The notes beneath the pieces were generated by a model. The model made no database searches. It saw only the letters and a program-made list of their open reading frames with translations, and had not been told where the DNA came from. From Patescibacteria group bacterium (lineage in GTDB: Bacteria; Patescibacteriota; JACPGU01), in NCBI GenBank assembly GCA_022703645.1, contig JAKLDG010000001.1, positions 338,814 to 402,813 on the forward strand: 64,000 nucleotides of DNA. The letters run 5' to 3'. Positions within the stretch are counted from its first letter, which is position 1. Every line of letters starts with the position of its first letter. Shown in pieces: positions 15,850 through 25,047 of this stretch. The translations under genes were made by a program, and so were the position numbers.

Positions 15850-16347
15850 TTGCATAAAAATACTATGTATAAAAAAGAAAAAAAAGAGGTTGACAAAAAA
15901 TTACTTGCCGAAGATAGGGCTGGTGGTTTTAAATGTATTAACTGCGGACAGTGGGTAAACTTGGCCGACAGCATCGGCACGGCGCATCGCAACCACTGTC
16001 CATTTTGTTTTTGCTCCTGTCATGTTGACCGCGATAAAAGCGGGGATCGCAGATCTGATTGTTTTGGAAAAATGAAACCAATCGGATTAACTTTCAAAAA
16101 TGAAGGTTTTGATAAATATGGCAAAAAACGCCAAGGCGAGCTGATGTTTATTCATCAATGTACCAATTGCGGTAAAATATCAATTAACCGCATAGCGGGG
16201 GATGACGATGAGAAAGGGATTATGAGATTATTTGAAGAGTCGCAAAAAATAGATCCAAAGATTATTGGTGAAATAGAGAAGGAGGGGATTGTGGTTTTAC
16301 GCGAAAAAGATCGGCAAGCATTAATAAAACAATTGCCAAGTATATAA
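15850..16347 (+). CDS. RNHCP-domain zinc-ribbon protein (start possibly at second ATG 15865)
   Basis: conserved ...HRNHCPFC...CHVD... and second CxxC pair (CTNCG) resembling the RNHCP domain family by motif only; function unknown. Confidence 0.45.
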   Translation: MHKNTMYKKEKKEVDKKLLAEDRAGGFKCINCGQWVNLADSIGTAHRNHCPFCFCSCHVDRDKSGDRRSDCFGKMKPIGLTFKNEGFDKYGKKRQGELMFIHQCTNCGKISINRIAGDDDEKGIMRLFEESQKIDPKIIGEIEKEGIVVLREKDRQALIKQLPSI

Positions 16348-16378
16348 AAACCCTCGTAGTAATCCCACGAGGGTTTTT
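16347..16378. terminator. bidirectional terminator (CCCTCGT-loop-ACGAGGG + T5) between convergent genes
   Basis: 7-bp GC stem, A-run before and T-run after. Confidence 0.65.
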
Positions 16379-16391
16379 GAAACTTTATAGT

Positions 16392-17141
16392 TTAATTATT
16401 TAATCTGGTTCCTCCGACGACCCCATCAGAGTTAATTGTGGCTGAAGAAACTATTCTTGCAGTAGCGGTGTTAATAAGAAGGGCTGTGCTTGTTACATAT
16501 TTAGTTCCAACAATATAATCCCAGCCATCATTCTCATCGACTGTGTCGGTATTTCTGATGTAAACAATGCAATCATAATCTTTCTCTCTGACCGACTTTC
16601 GCGCGTAAGCGTAAGCTCTCGAAAAGGAATCGCTGTTGGAAGTTTTTGCTCTCTGATCCGCATTGGCCATAATCAAATAGATCTCATATTTTGAGTCAAA
16701 AACTACGGCATGATCTGCCCCTCTGATTTCAGCCTTGGTGGAAGCGGAAAAAGTTATAGCTCCGCTAGAGAGAAAAAATGGCGCCCTTCCCACAACATTA
16801 ACCCCGATTATTTTTGAATACTTGCCGGTGGTATAGTTGAGATAATAGACGCTAATTTGATCGTCCCAACTGGGAGACCCTGATTCGCGAAAGACGAAAA
16901 GCGCGTTTTTGCTCCCTGAAATCTTTAAGTCCGTTACTCCAAAACTACTCAGTCTTTCTTTTTCTGTTTCTTCAACAAATTGCGTATAAGGCTTGATAAA
17001 AGTTATTTGTTTCGCGCCATCGAACAGCTGCCAGAAACCGTTTCCGTCGCGTTTGCGTTCAAGCTTCGCTGATGAGCTGGTTGCGCAAGTGGTGATGAGC
17101 ACGATGACTGTAAGGACTGCAAATAACCATTTGCTTTTCAT
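16392..17141 (-). CDS. secreted hypothetical protein
   Basis: ORF track; signal peptide MKSKWLFAVLTVIVLITTCATSSSA; beta-rich. Confidence 0.5.
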   Translation of the reverse strand: MKSKWLFAVLTVIVLITTCATSSSAKLERKRDGNGFWQLFDGAKQITFIKPYTQFVEETEKERLSSFGVTDLKISGSKNALFVFRESGSPSWDDQISVYYLNYTTGKYSKIIGVNVVGRAPFFLSSGAITFSASTKAEIRGADHAVVFDSKYEIYLIMANADQRAKTSNSDSFSRAYAYARKSVREKDYDCIVYIRNTDTVDENDGWDYIVGTKYVTSTALLINTATARIVSSATINSDGVVGGTRLNN

Positions 17142-17231
17142 TATTATTGTCTCCTTTTTTAAGATTGCACGGGCTTTCCCGAATACATAAATATTAGCAA
17201 AAAATGGCTATAAATGCAAGTAAATTATAAA

Positions 17232-17270
17232 ATTAAAAGTGGCTTGACGTTTTGGCGTCAAGCCACCTAA
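17232..17270 (-). terminator. rho-independent terminator (GTGGCTTGACG-ttttgg-CGTCAAGCCAC)
   Basis: perfect 11-bp stem; T-rich run on minus strand. Confidence 0.7.
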
Positions 17271-17292
17271 GAACCGTGATAAAAAAATAAAT

Positions 17293-17886
17293 TTATTTTT
17301 CAAGATCATCAATCATTTTGTCGCATTCTTTTCTAATTAATTTGATACCATTATTGCCCTTAGTATTAAGGCAACGTGTGTCAACTTTGTAGGATGATTC
17401 GCAAATTGTAGCTGCACAACCAGAACCGAGTAAGTCGAAGGTCGGTTCTTCTTTGGAATTAAGGCAAAGGTCTATCTTTTTCATAAGCATATAAGCATTC
17501 TTGCAAGATGGCTCTACTCTGTACGCTATCGACACTGGCTTTTTTGCATTATTGCTCAAGTTTCTCAACATTTTAATGCTTTTATCTTGAGAATTCTTAA
17601 TCTGTTTTACCTTTCCGTTAATTTCTTTCGTAGTATTATATAATTCATCAATTTTCTGCGACTGTTCAGGCGTAAAACCTATGCCGAACATGCCCGTGCT
17701 AATGATATCATTACCATTATGCGTGATCCTGTTCATAATTTTACTATGCGCAATAAATGGTATCGCCGGAATCATCAAAATAAAAGCGATAATGACAATC
17801 AATGCTCCGATAGGAAACTTATTCATTTTCACCTCATTCACCTCTATGAGTAGAATTGTATCCTCCAACTGGAGGAGGCCAAACAT
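17293..17886 (-). CDS. hypothetical membrane-anchored protein with 6 Cys in ectodomain (true start probably MNKFPIGAL.. at ~17826)
   Basis: ORF track; TM anchor then Cys-containing soluble domain. Confidence 0.45.
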   Translation of the reverse strand: MFGLLQLEDTILLIEVNEVKMNKFPIGALIVIIAFILMIPAIPFIAHSKIMNRITHNGNDIISTGMFGIGFTPEQSQKIDELYNTTKEINGKVKQIKNSQDKSIKMLRNLSNNAKKPVSIAYRVEPSCKNAYMLMKKIDLCLNSKEEPTFDLLGSGCAATICESSYKVDTRCLNTKGNNGIKLIRKECDKMIDDLEK

Positions 17887-18087
17887 TTATATAAGCGAAA
17901 AAATCTTCGCGTTGAACTGATTGTTAGGGTACAAATGTTACACTCGTAATATTATCATTTTTATTTAACATTGTCAAGCCTTTCGTATAATATTCTCGAT
18001 CATATTGCATTATTCACTTATAATCCGCTTTTTGCTTGCGAACCGAACAGAAATATGAGATGATAAAAAGAAAACAAAAATTATAAA

Positions 18088-18507
18088 ATGAAATTCCACA
18101 GAACAAAATTAAACAAATTAGTTGGTAGCACATACCCTGAAGTTTACAGAAATTCACAAACCTTTTATAAGAAAATAGTAAGTAAATCAAAACGAAGACC
18201 TTATATTCGCTCAATATATTTTAATAAGGAGAAAATATTTTTAGGAATATTCTGGCCGCATTTATTTCAAAAAGTCGGATGGGGAGATAGAGAAAGACGG
18301 CTAAAATTATTCCCATGCGCAATAGATCTAATGCAAAATACAAAATTCAATCCAGAATCGAAAGATAACCCAAATAAAAAGTCTGAAATTTTACATCGAT
18401 TTTATGGAATCACTCCGGATGATGAAAAATTTTGTGTACAAGTCAAGGAGGATAAGAAAACCGATGAAAAATTTTTTGTTTCGGTATTCCCATACGATGA
18501 CAAATAA
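18088..18507 (+). CDS. hypothetical protein
   Basis: ORF track only; basic, no recognised motif. Confidence 0.35.
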   Translation: MKFHRTKLNKLVGSTYPEVYRNSQTFYKKIVSKSKRRPYIRSIYFNKEKIFLGIFWPHLFQKVGWGDRERRLKLFPCAIDLMQNTKFNPESKDNPNKKSEILHRFYGITPDDEKFCVQVKEDKKTDEKFFVSVFPYDDK

Positions 18508-18612
18508 AAAAGAATCTCCGCCCAAAAGTGTAGTGTATAAACTACGGCTGAAATTCTCTTTATGCGATAAGTATATATCAAATCTCAATTTTTGTCAACA
18601 ACTTTTTGTCAA

Positions 18613-18646
18613 ATAAAAAAGCATCGGATTTCTCCGATGCTTTTTA
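18613..18646. terminator. bidirectional terminator (GCATCGGA-tttc-TCCGATGC flanked by A6/T5)
   Basis: perfect 8-bp stem between convergent genes. Confidence 0.7.
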
Positions 18647-18665
18647 AAATTTAAAAAAATTAAAT

Positions 18666-19361
18666 CTATTTCGTCGGGATCACGCCGACCATGAAACCTG
18701 TTTCCAACGAATCGCCCTTCCTTTTCTGGAAATACGGTCCGACGTTGAAAATAAATCCGTCGGTTACGATAGCCCCTGTCATGCGGATATCCGTCGTATG
18801 ATTCTTGCTCCGGGATACTTCCACCAACGGCAATTTTTTGCCGGCATAGGAGAATCCGATAATCGAATCGTTCGCGCTTTTTTTCACGTCCATCGTGGAA
18901 AAAACTGTGAGACTGGTCAGAGCTTTCGGCGAATATCTACCCGTCACTCTTACCGTACCGCCTTTTTGCAGCGGCATCAAAACGCCGATACCCGCGCCGT
19001 TCGCGTGGTAATCAACCGCGGTCGTGTGTGTAATCACGGTCGGACCGCCCGTCACCTGCAGAGACATCGTGTAAATCGTCGCGTCCACGCGGCTTCCGAG
19101 CTTCGCGCTCAAAGAGATGTGGTTGCCGGAAAGCATGTCGCGGAAAACGTACTGTTTCACACCGACGCATGCTTTACCATTGAGTACATTCAGGTTCCCG
19201 AAGACGATTTTGCTGCCTCCGTCAGGAATCGAGTAGTACTGCACCAGCGAGGGCATTACTCTGTAGAAAGCCGTGGCGTCCGCTTCGTTGTAGGCGAACG
19301 CTTTCGCTGAAACGAAGAGCAATCCGAACACAAACAACATAAACAGCTTTTTCATAACCAA
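18666..19361 (-). CDS. secreted hypothetical protein (GC-rich gene, ~50% GC)
   Basis: signal peptide MVMKKLFMLFVFGLLFVSAKAFA; beta-rich; compositional outlier; the R-rich antisense ORF 18798..19310 is a GC artefact. Confidence 0.5.
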   Translation of the reverse strand: MVMKKLFMLFVFGLLFVSAKAFAYNEADATAFYRVMPSLVQYYSIPDGGSKIVFGNLNVLNGKACVGVKQYVFRDMLSGNHISLSAKLGSRVDATIYTMSLQVTGGPTVITHTTAVDYHANGAGIGVLMPLQKGGTVRVTGRYSPKALTSLTVFSTMDVKKSANDSIIGFSYAGKKLPLVEVSRSKNHTTDIRMTGAIVTDGFIFNVGPYFQKRKGDSLETGFMVGVIPTK

Positions 19362-19513
19362 TCTCCTTTGAAAGGTATTTTGTTAAACAACTTTGTTTGT
19401 CCTTGTGGACACCATAATAATAGCACATTTTTGGCTCTATGTCCAGACTTTTCCTCTCTTGCGCGGATTGTTGAAATGTTGTATATTACAAAAACAATAA
19501 ATAATAAATTCAT

Positions 19514-19837
19514 ATGGGAAATACAGACGAACAAAAAGATAGTATTATGGATGATGAAAAATTCATTAATTTCATGGAATCAAGAGATGAAAAACTTGTA
19601 GATTTTTTAACTACTAAATTCGGCGCAATCGATGGTAGATTTGAGAAAATCGAAGGACGTCTCGATAGAATCGAAACAACTATGGTTACAAAATCCTTTC
19701 TTACTGATGTAATGGCAAATTTCAGAGTTGAAACAAACGAAAAAGTATATAAAACCGTAGAGATTTTGAAAGAGAAGAAAGTTTTTGATGATAAAGATAT
19801 AAAGAGGGTAAAAGAGGCGGGCGTTGCAGTAAAATAG
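19514..19837 (+). CDS. hypothetical coiled-coil protein
   Basis: ORF track; heptad-like charged pattern. Confidence 0.4.
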   Translation: MGNTDEQKDSIMDDEKFINFMESRDEKLVDFLTTKFGAIDGRFEKIEGRLDRIETTMVTKSFLTDVMANFRVETNEKVYKTVEILKEKKVFDDKDIKRVKEAGVAVK

Positions 19838-19859
19838 ATTTTTGGGATATTTTTATTAA

Positions 19860-19900
19860 AAAAACAACCGCGAAGGCTAAAGCCTTCGCGGCGTTGTGTT
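19860..19900. terminator. terminator-like hairpin CCGCGAAGGC-taaa-GCCTTCGCGG between convergent genes
   Basis: perfect 10-bp GC-rich stem; flanking A-run. Confidence 0.55.
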
Positions 19901-19911
19901 TCAAGAGAAAT

Positions 19912-20508
19912 TTAGGGTTGATTCTGCTCGGGGTGGTCCCAATCCTTTCCGTAGATTTCCGCATTGGGAATGTTTGCGAAATTCTGCCCCTTGGGATAGC
20001 GGCGCGCCGCCATGAACTGCGAAATAGTCATCTTTGTGTTTATCGGTGTGGCATTTGATGACTTTCTCCAACGGTCCATCTCCGAAAAGTACTGCATTTG
20101 GACGCCAGAGAATTCCTCACTGTCGCCGGATCGCCATTTGCAGGTTACTCTGCCGTCTGGGATGGTTTCGCAGTCGTACGCGAGACCAACGGCAGTGAAA
20201 AGATCGTCTTTTGACAGAGATACTGTGAAATGGTGACCGCTCTCGATATCCTCTGCGCTGAGCGTGCGGGTCTTGCAGTGTTTGTTAAGTCCTATCCATT
20301 CGGGATCTTTCAGCCCGCAGTCAGACCCGACCAGAGTGTAGTAGTAGCGGCCGGTCTTGGGTGAATCCGTGCGTTCCATGGACTTTTCCGTTCTAATGAG
20401 CATCAGGACAACTAAAATTAAAATACCCGTAGCAAGCATGGAAAATAGCACTATTCGTTTCATTTCTTTCACCTCGATTTTTCCCATTTTTGGGAGATTT
20501 GCCCGCAT
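19912..20508 (-). CDS. secreted Cys-containing hypothetical protein (GC-rich; likely true start MKRIVLFSML at ~20463 preceded by GAGGTG)
   Basis: signal peptide after internal Met; ~50% GC. Confidence 0.5.
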   Translation of the reverse strand: MRANLPKMGKIEVKEMKRIVLFSMLATGILILVVLMLIRTEKSMERTDSPKTGRYYYTLVGSDCGLKDPEWIGLNKHCKTRTLSAEDIESGHHFTVSLSKDDLFTAVGLAYDCETIPDGRVTCKWRSGDSEEFSGVQMQYFSEMDRWRKSSNATPINTKMTISQFMAARRYPKGQNFANIPNAEIYGKDWDHPEQNQP

Positions 20509-20625
20509 AAATGCGGGGGATATTGCAGATTGTTATGGTGCAAAATAATACATTTATAATTATATCATAGATAACGCGATGTGTCAAGTACTTTTGTAGG
20601 TGTTGGCAATTATAAATTCATGGTA

Positions 20626-21183
20626 TTTTTCCTTAAAATATTCTTAGGATTATTGCTGTCTCGTTCCCACATTTGCGGATTGGATTCTATGTAACTATAA
20701 ATTTCATCGTACGATTTTTCATTGCGAATGATGTGTTCGTAATAGCCGCGTTGAAAAATGGGGTTGCCTGTTTTGTCTAAGATAATATTTATCTTTTTCG
20801 TTGATTGATATTTAAAATACCCAATTATTTGTCCTAATGTTGGTTTTTTATCCCGTAGGGGCGGGGTCTCCCCGCCCTGAATTAAATTGTTTTTGTTACC
20901 TACAAATATCGTTTTTCTCTTCTAATATCCGCAATATAAAATGAATATGATTTGGCATTATCTGAAAAATATCTAATTTTGTATTTGGGAAATGATTCGG
21001 AATTTCGTACCAACATTTTTCTGCAACATTTCCAATCTTATTTAATTCCATTTTCCCATCCACAATTTCCCCAAACAAACATTCTCTGTCTTTTGTGCAG
21101 ATCGTAACAAAATAATCTCCAGGTTCGGAATAATCATATTCTTTAATCCGTATCGATTTTCTATTTCGTTCGATTTTTGACAT
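20626..21183 (-). pseudogene. IS200/IS605-like tyrosine transposase with RAYT-like motifs, second copy, frameshifted: N-terminal part 20896..21183 intact, C-terminal part (~20626..20850) in +1 frame
   Basis: N-terminal 95 aa aligns with copy 1 upstream frame (..EPGDYFVTICTKDRECLFGEIVDG..HIHFIL); downstream DNA ~85% identical to copy 1 3' half encoding ...GYYEHIIRNEKSYDEIYSYIESNP; stop and REP hairpin intervene. Confidence 0.65.
20855..20877. repeat. REP-like single hairpin GGGGCGGGG-tct-CCCCGCCC preceded by GTAG, at the break point of the second transposase copy
   Basis: GC-rich palindrome with GTAGGGG terminus like other REP copies. Confidence 0.6.
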
Positions 21184-21352
21184 TTTTATTTTGATTATAG
21201 CATATTTTCATTTCCCTCTTGACAAACACTATGATTTTGTAGTAAAATAATGGCTATGTAGGCTATTTTTCGTTTACATGCACGACCCTTAAAAACATAT
21301 TGAGTCAAATACTGTCCTCCTTGAGGGGACTATCAAACAAGGAGGCAACACA

Positions 21353-22270
21353 ATGTCTGAAAACGGAAGGAAGGAAAGATTCGAGGAACTGATGGAAATG
21401 TACGTTGATTACTCAAATGTAGAATGTTTCCCAGAAAGGATAAGGCGGGAGCTTTCATCTACGGAACCTTATGACGAGGATCTTATAAAGTTTTTTAAAC
21501 AAAACTCGCCTGTGGCTGGAGAGATCGCAACAAACCCTGCAAGCGATTTCATAACTCGAACTGTTTACGCTTCTACTCTGCCACAGATGCCGCCTCGTTA
21601 TTCAATTGACGACCTGCTTGTTTATAGCCCTGGCGGCCGCGCACTATTTAACCGGTTGCCAGCCGCAAGTAAAATACTCGCAAAATGGATAACCGAACAC
21701 GAATCGTGCGACATAGTAGACCTCGGAGGCGGTTCCGGTTCTTACGCATTTAAGACAATAGAAATATTGTCAAAAATGAAAGGGTTCAATTCGATCGTCA
21801 AAAGGATTTCATGGACAAGCGTAGATATTGACTCCGGCGCAATCGAACTCGGTAAGGCACGGTCTAAAGCTGATGGACTTACGGGACAAGTTTTTTTCGA
21901 GGAAGGAAATTTTATGTCAAAAAAGTTTCCCACTATCGACGCAGACCTCGTAGTATTAATCGGTGTTCTATGTGGTATGACACCGGAGGTTGCGGTAACA
22001 TGCCTCGAAAAAGTGAGACGCTTTATCGAAACGCGTAACGGCGAAATTTACGCTGCTACACTTCTGACTAGGAGTTTTGAAGAGGATCCGATATGCTTCA
22101 GAATCTTCGCGAAACTCGGCTGGCATCTCAAACCGAAAACCGAGGAAGAGGTCAGAAAGGTCTTTAATGATGCCGGATACGAAATTATCGACATCCACAG
22201 TGAGCGCGACACGGAGACAGAAAGAGTCCCCGGGCAGTACGCAATTGTCAGAGCGCGTTTAAAAGCTTAA
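21353..22270 (+). CDS. class I SAM-dependent methyltransferase
   Basis: motif I DIVDLGGGSGSYAF; GGAGG Shine-Dalgarno; ~44% GC. Confidence 0.55.
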   Translation: MSENGRKERFEELMEMYVDYSNVECFPERIRRELSSTEPYDEDLIKFFKQNSPVAGEIATNPASDFITRTVYASTLPQMPPRYSIDDLLVYSPGGRALFNRLPAASKILAKWITEHESCDIVDLGGGSGSYAFKTIEILSKMKGFNSIVKRISWTSVDIDSGAIELGKARSKADGLTGQVFFEEGNFMSKKFPTIDADLVVLIGVLCGMTPEVAVTCLEKVRRFIETRNGEIYAATLLTRSFEEDPICFRIFAKLGWHLKPKTEEEVRKVFNDAGYEIIDIHSERDTETERVPGQYAIVRARLKA

Positions 22271-22343
22271 TACTAAAAAAACATCTTTTATTACAATCCC
22301 AACTTTGTTATAATTCTATTATAACTTAGGAGGGATTGTTTTT

Positions 22344-24521
22344 ATGTATTTGTATTTTGCATTTACAGGATTATTTAATGCTATAGTTAGCACTTTATTA
22401 GGTATTTTTGTATTTTTCAATAATTCAAAAAACAATATTAATCGCTCGTTTGCTCTTTTCTGTTTATTTTTTACGATGTGGTCTGCCGCATATATATTTT
22501 GGCCATTATCGCAAAACGCTGAAGGTACACTTTTGTCTTTTAGATTACTGCATATTGGCGCTGCTTATGTTTCTGTTGCTTATTTACATTTTGTTTGTAA
22601 TTTCCTGGATGTATATAAGCAAAAAAAAGTAATAGTTATAATTGGATATATTTTAGCATCTATACTAGTTCCATTTATTTTCACTCCATATTTTATTGCT
22701 GATATGGTTCCAATATTCTCAATGCGCTTTTGGGCAGTTCCTGGGATATTGTACCATTTTTATCTTGTGCACTTTTTTGGATATTTTGCATATTCGTCTT
22801 ATTTGTTATTTAAAAGTTATAAAAAATTATTGGGAGTAAAAAAGGTCCAAATTCTATATATTTTAGTTGGTTTTGTTTTGGCTTTTTTCGGGGGATCAAC
22901 AAACTATTTTTTATGGTATAAAATTAATATACCTCCTTATCTCAATATTCTTGCTTGTTCATTTGTAGTATTTACTGCCTACGCGATTGTAAAGACGCGG
23001 TTTTTAGACATCAAATTCGTTCTTCGTTCCTCTTTTGTTTACATTTCATCTCTTATTACAATTATTATCCCTGCAGTATTAATTAAGTTTATTGTTGGTG
23101 GGGAATCAGTTTTTAAAGCAACTGGATGGATTGATCTAATCATTGTTATTTTTGCCATTGCTGTATTTCCAAAAGTTAAAGAATATTTTTACAAAATCGC
23201 GAATAAGTATTTTTTCTCATCACTCTATGATAGCGCCGAAGTGATTGCAGACCTGTCTGATAAACTGCGATCAACCCTTGATATAAATAAAATTGATGAC
23301 TATATTACGAATGCTTTAATCCAAGCATTTCATTGCAAAGCGATTGGAATTTTGAATTATTCCAGAAGAACCGGGGACTACAACCTTGTCCATAATAAAG
23401 GGTTTGCGTTCAAGGGAAGAAAGAGATTTCTCGGCGATAAGGGATTGCACAAAAAATATGTTATGAAAGATGAACCTTTCCTGACATCCGAAATTAGAGA
23501 TAATCGCAAATATAAAAAGACGGTTTCTGTATTGGAAAAATTTGACGTAGAAGTTTTAACGCCGTTAAACGTTAAAGATAAGACAATCGGCCTTATCGCA
23601 ATCGGAGCAAAAGAATCCGGTGATTCATATAATCAACAGGATATTGAGCTTTTGGGAATTGTCAGCGCGCAGTCGGCAATTGCTATTGAAAACGCTATTT
23701 TATATGAAAAAACACGCAGATTTACAAAAACTCTGCAAGTAAAGGTTGATAATGCAACGGCTCAAATTCGCCACAAGAATGAAGAATTGAAAAAACTCGA
23801 TAAGCTCAAAGACGAATTTATTTCCGTCGCCAGCCATCAGCTGCGAACTCCGCTGACCGCCACGCGCTGGGCGCTGGAATTTCTGATTAAAGATAATAAA
23901 GGAAAACTCAACCGCAAACAGCTTGAGAGCGTTCATGAGCTGGAAGACACAAATTCAAAACTTATAAAACTCGTCAATTCACTTCTGAATGTCTCCCGTA
24001 TTGACGAGGGACGCCTTTCTATCACGCCAGTACCAACTGACATAGTTGCCGTGATGAAAGAAATCATGCATGAATTTGAACCGATTGCGCGCCACAAGAA
24101 TTTGAAAGTTATCACACACTATGATAAATTGCCAAAAATCAAATTTGATCCTGTTGTTATTAATAAAGCGATACATAACTTCGTTTCAAACGCGATAAAA
24201 TATAATAAAGACGAAGGCCGTCTTTGGATAAATGTCGAGAAATATGATAAAGATAATCTGGTTATCAAGGTTCGCGACGAGGGAATCGGAATACCAAAAG
24301 CCGAGCAGGCAAATCTATTTGCGAAATTTTACAGAGCATCTAATGCTGCTACTTCAAATACCGAAGGAACCGGACTTGGACTTTATATTGCCAAAAGCGC
24401 CGTAGAAAGCTCCGGAGGAAAGGTTTGGTTCGAATCAAAAGAAAATGAAGGGACAACTTTCTTTGTGACATTACCACTGAAAGGCAGTAGGGCGAAGAGA
24501 GGAGAAAAGAGCCTGGTCTAA
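22344..24521 (+). CDS. sensor histidine kinase: N-terminal polytopic membrane domain (~7 TM), GAF-like domain, HisKA, HATPase_c
   Basis: H-box FISVASHQLRTPLTA, N/G boxes (KYNKDEGRLWI, GTGLGLYIAKS); hydrophobic first 270 aa. Confidence 0.8.
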   Translation: MYLYFAFTGLFNAIVSTLLGIFVFFNNSKNNINRSFALFCLFFTMWSAAYIFWPLSQNAEGTLLSFRLLHIGAAYVSVAYLHFVCNFLDVYKQKKVIVIIGYILASILVPFIFTPYFIADMVPIFSMRFWAVPGILYHFYLVHFFGYFAYSSYLLFKSYKKLLGVKKVQILYILVGFVLAFFGGSTNYFLWYKINIPPYLNILACSFVVFTAYAIVKTRFLDIKFVLRSSFVYISSLITIIIPAVLIKFIVGGESVFKATGWIDLIIVIFAIAVFPKVKEYFYKIANKYFFSSLYDSAEVIADLSDKLRSTLDINKIDDYITNALIQAFHCKAIGILNYSRRTGDYNLVHNKGFAFKGRKRFLGDKGLHKKYVMKDEPFLTSEIRDNRKYKKTVSVLEKFDVEVLTPLNVKDKTIGLIAIGAKESGDSYNQQDIELLGIVSAQSAIAIENAILYEKTRRFTKTLQVKVDNATAQIRHKNEELKKLDKLKDEFISVASHQLRTPLTATRWALEFLIKDNKGKLNRKQLESVHELEDTNSKLIKLVNSLLNVSRIDEGRLSITPVPTDIVAVMKEIMHEFEPIARHKNLKVITHYDKLPKIKFDPVVINKAIHNFVSNAIKYNKDEGRLWINVEKYDKDNLVIKVRDEGIGIPKAEQANLFAKFYRASNAATSNTEGTGLGLYIAKSAVESSGGKVWFESKENEGTTFFVTLPLKGSRAKRGEKSLV

Positions 24522-24529
24522 AGTAAATT

Positions 24530-24563
24530 AAAAATTAAAAATCAAAATGTAAAATGACAGATG
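24530..24563. repeat. AT-rich inverted-repeat arm (R orientation) of IVS-like element; contains start codon of 24554 gene
   Basis: reverse complement CATCTGTCATTTTACATTTTGAT... identical over 23 nt to arm at 26941. Confidence 0.6.
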
Positions 24564-24919
24564 CAAATTTTAAAAATGAATTTAAGAAAAGATTGTACTC
24601 GTTCGTTTTACGATTAATTAAATATATAAATAGTCTCCCAAGATCACAATCAAACGATGTTATAGGAAAACAACTGTTAAGAAGTGGTACGAGTATATTG
24701 GCTAATTTTATAGAAGCTAATTCAGCCAGCAGTAAAAAAGATTTTACGAACTTTTTTAATCATAGCTTAAAATCTGCCAATGAATCAAAGGTTTGGTTAA
24801 CACTTTTCCGCGATACAAACCCTATAAACAATGAGAATGTTTTTTTGATAAAAGAACTTTGCGAGATTGCAAACATCTTAGCATCAAGTATATTAACTTT
24901 AAAAGGAAAAAAGAAATAA
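24554..24919 (+). CDS. four-helix-bundle protein (TIGR02436 / '23S rRNA intervening-sequence protein' family)
   Basis: family-typical LLRSGTSILANFIEANSASSKKDF...HSLKSANESKVWL; 121 aa. Confidence 0.7.
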   Translation: MTDANFKNEFKKRLYSFVLRLIKYINSLPRSQSNDVIGKQLLRSGTSILANFIEANSASSKKDFTNFFNHSLKSANESKVWLTLFRDTNPINNENVFLIKELCEIANILASSILTLKGKKK

Positions 24920-24980
24920 TTTTACATTTATTATATGTCATTTTGATTTTTGACATTTACATTTTACATTACATATTTTA
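24920..24980. repeat. AT-rich inverted-repeat arm (F orientation) of IVS-like element
   Basis: TGTCATTTTGATTTTTGACATTTACATTTTACATT, related to arms at 26941 and 30648. Confidence 0.55.
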
Positions 24981-25047
24981 ACCTTTAAATTATCGATAAA
25001 TTATGCTAATATTACTATAATTTACAAAAACTAAGCAAACCGACACT

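Noticed and set aside
18798-19310. 170-aa Arg-rich ORF antisense to the secreted-protein gene 18666..19361, and similar long antisense ORFs such as 5373..5957, 43315..43707, 48600..49043 and 60119..60607
   Set aside because: They lie fully inside longer ORFs with recognisable products or signal peptides and have low-complexity composition (R-rich in GC-rich DNA, F/S-rich opposite K/E-rich tails). They are frame artefacts, not genes.
20529-20545. CCCGCA-taaa-TGCGGG hairpin upstream of the 19912..20508 gene as another REP copy
   Set aside because: It lacks the GTAGGGG/CCCCTAC termini and the GGGC...GCCC core of the other copies. More likely it is a simple 5'-UTR or terminator hairpin.
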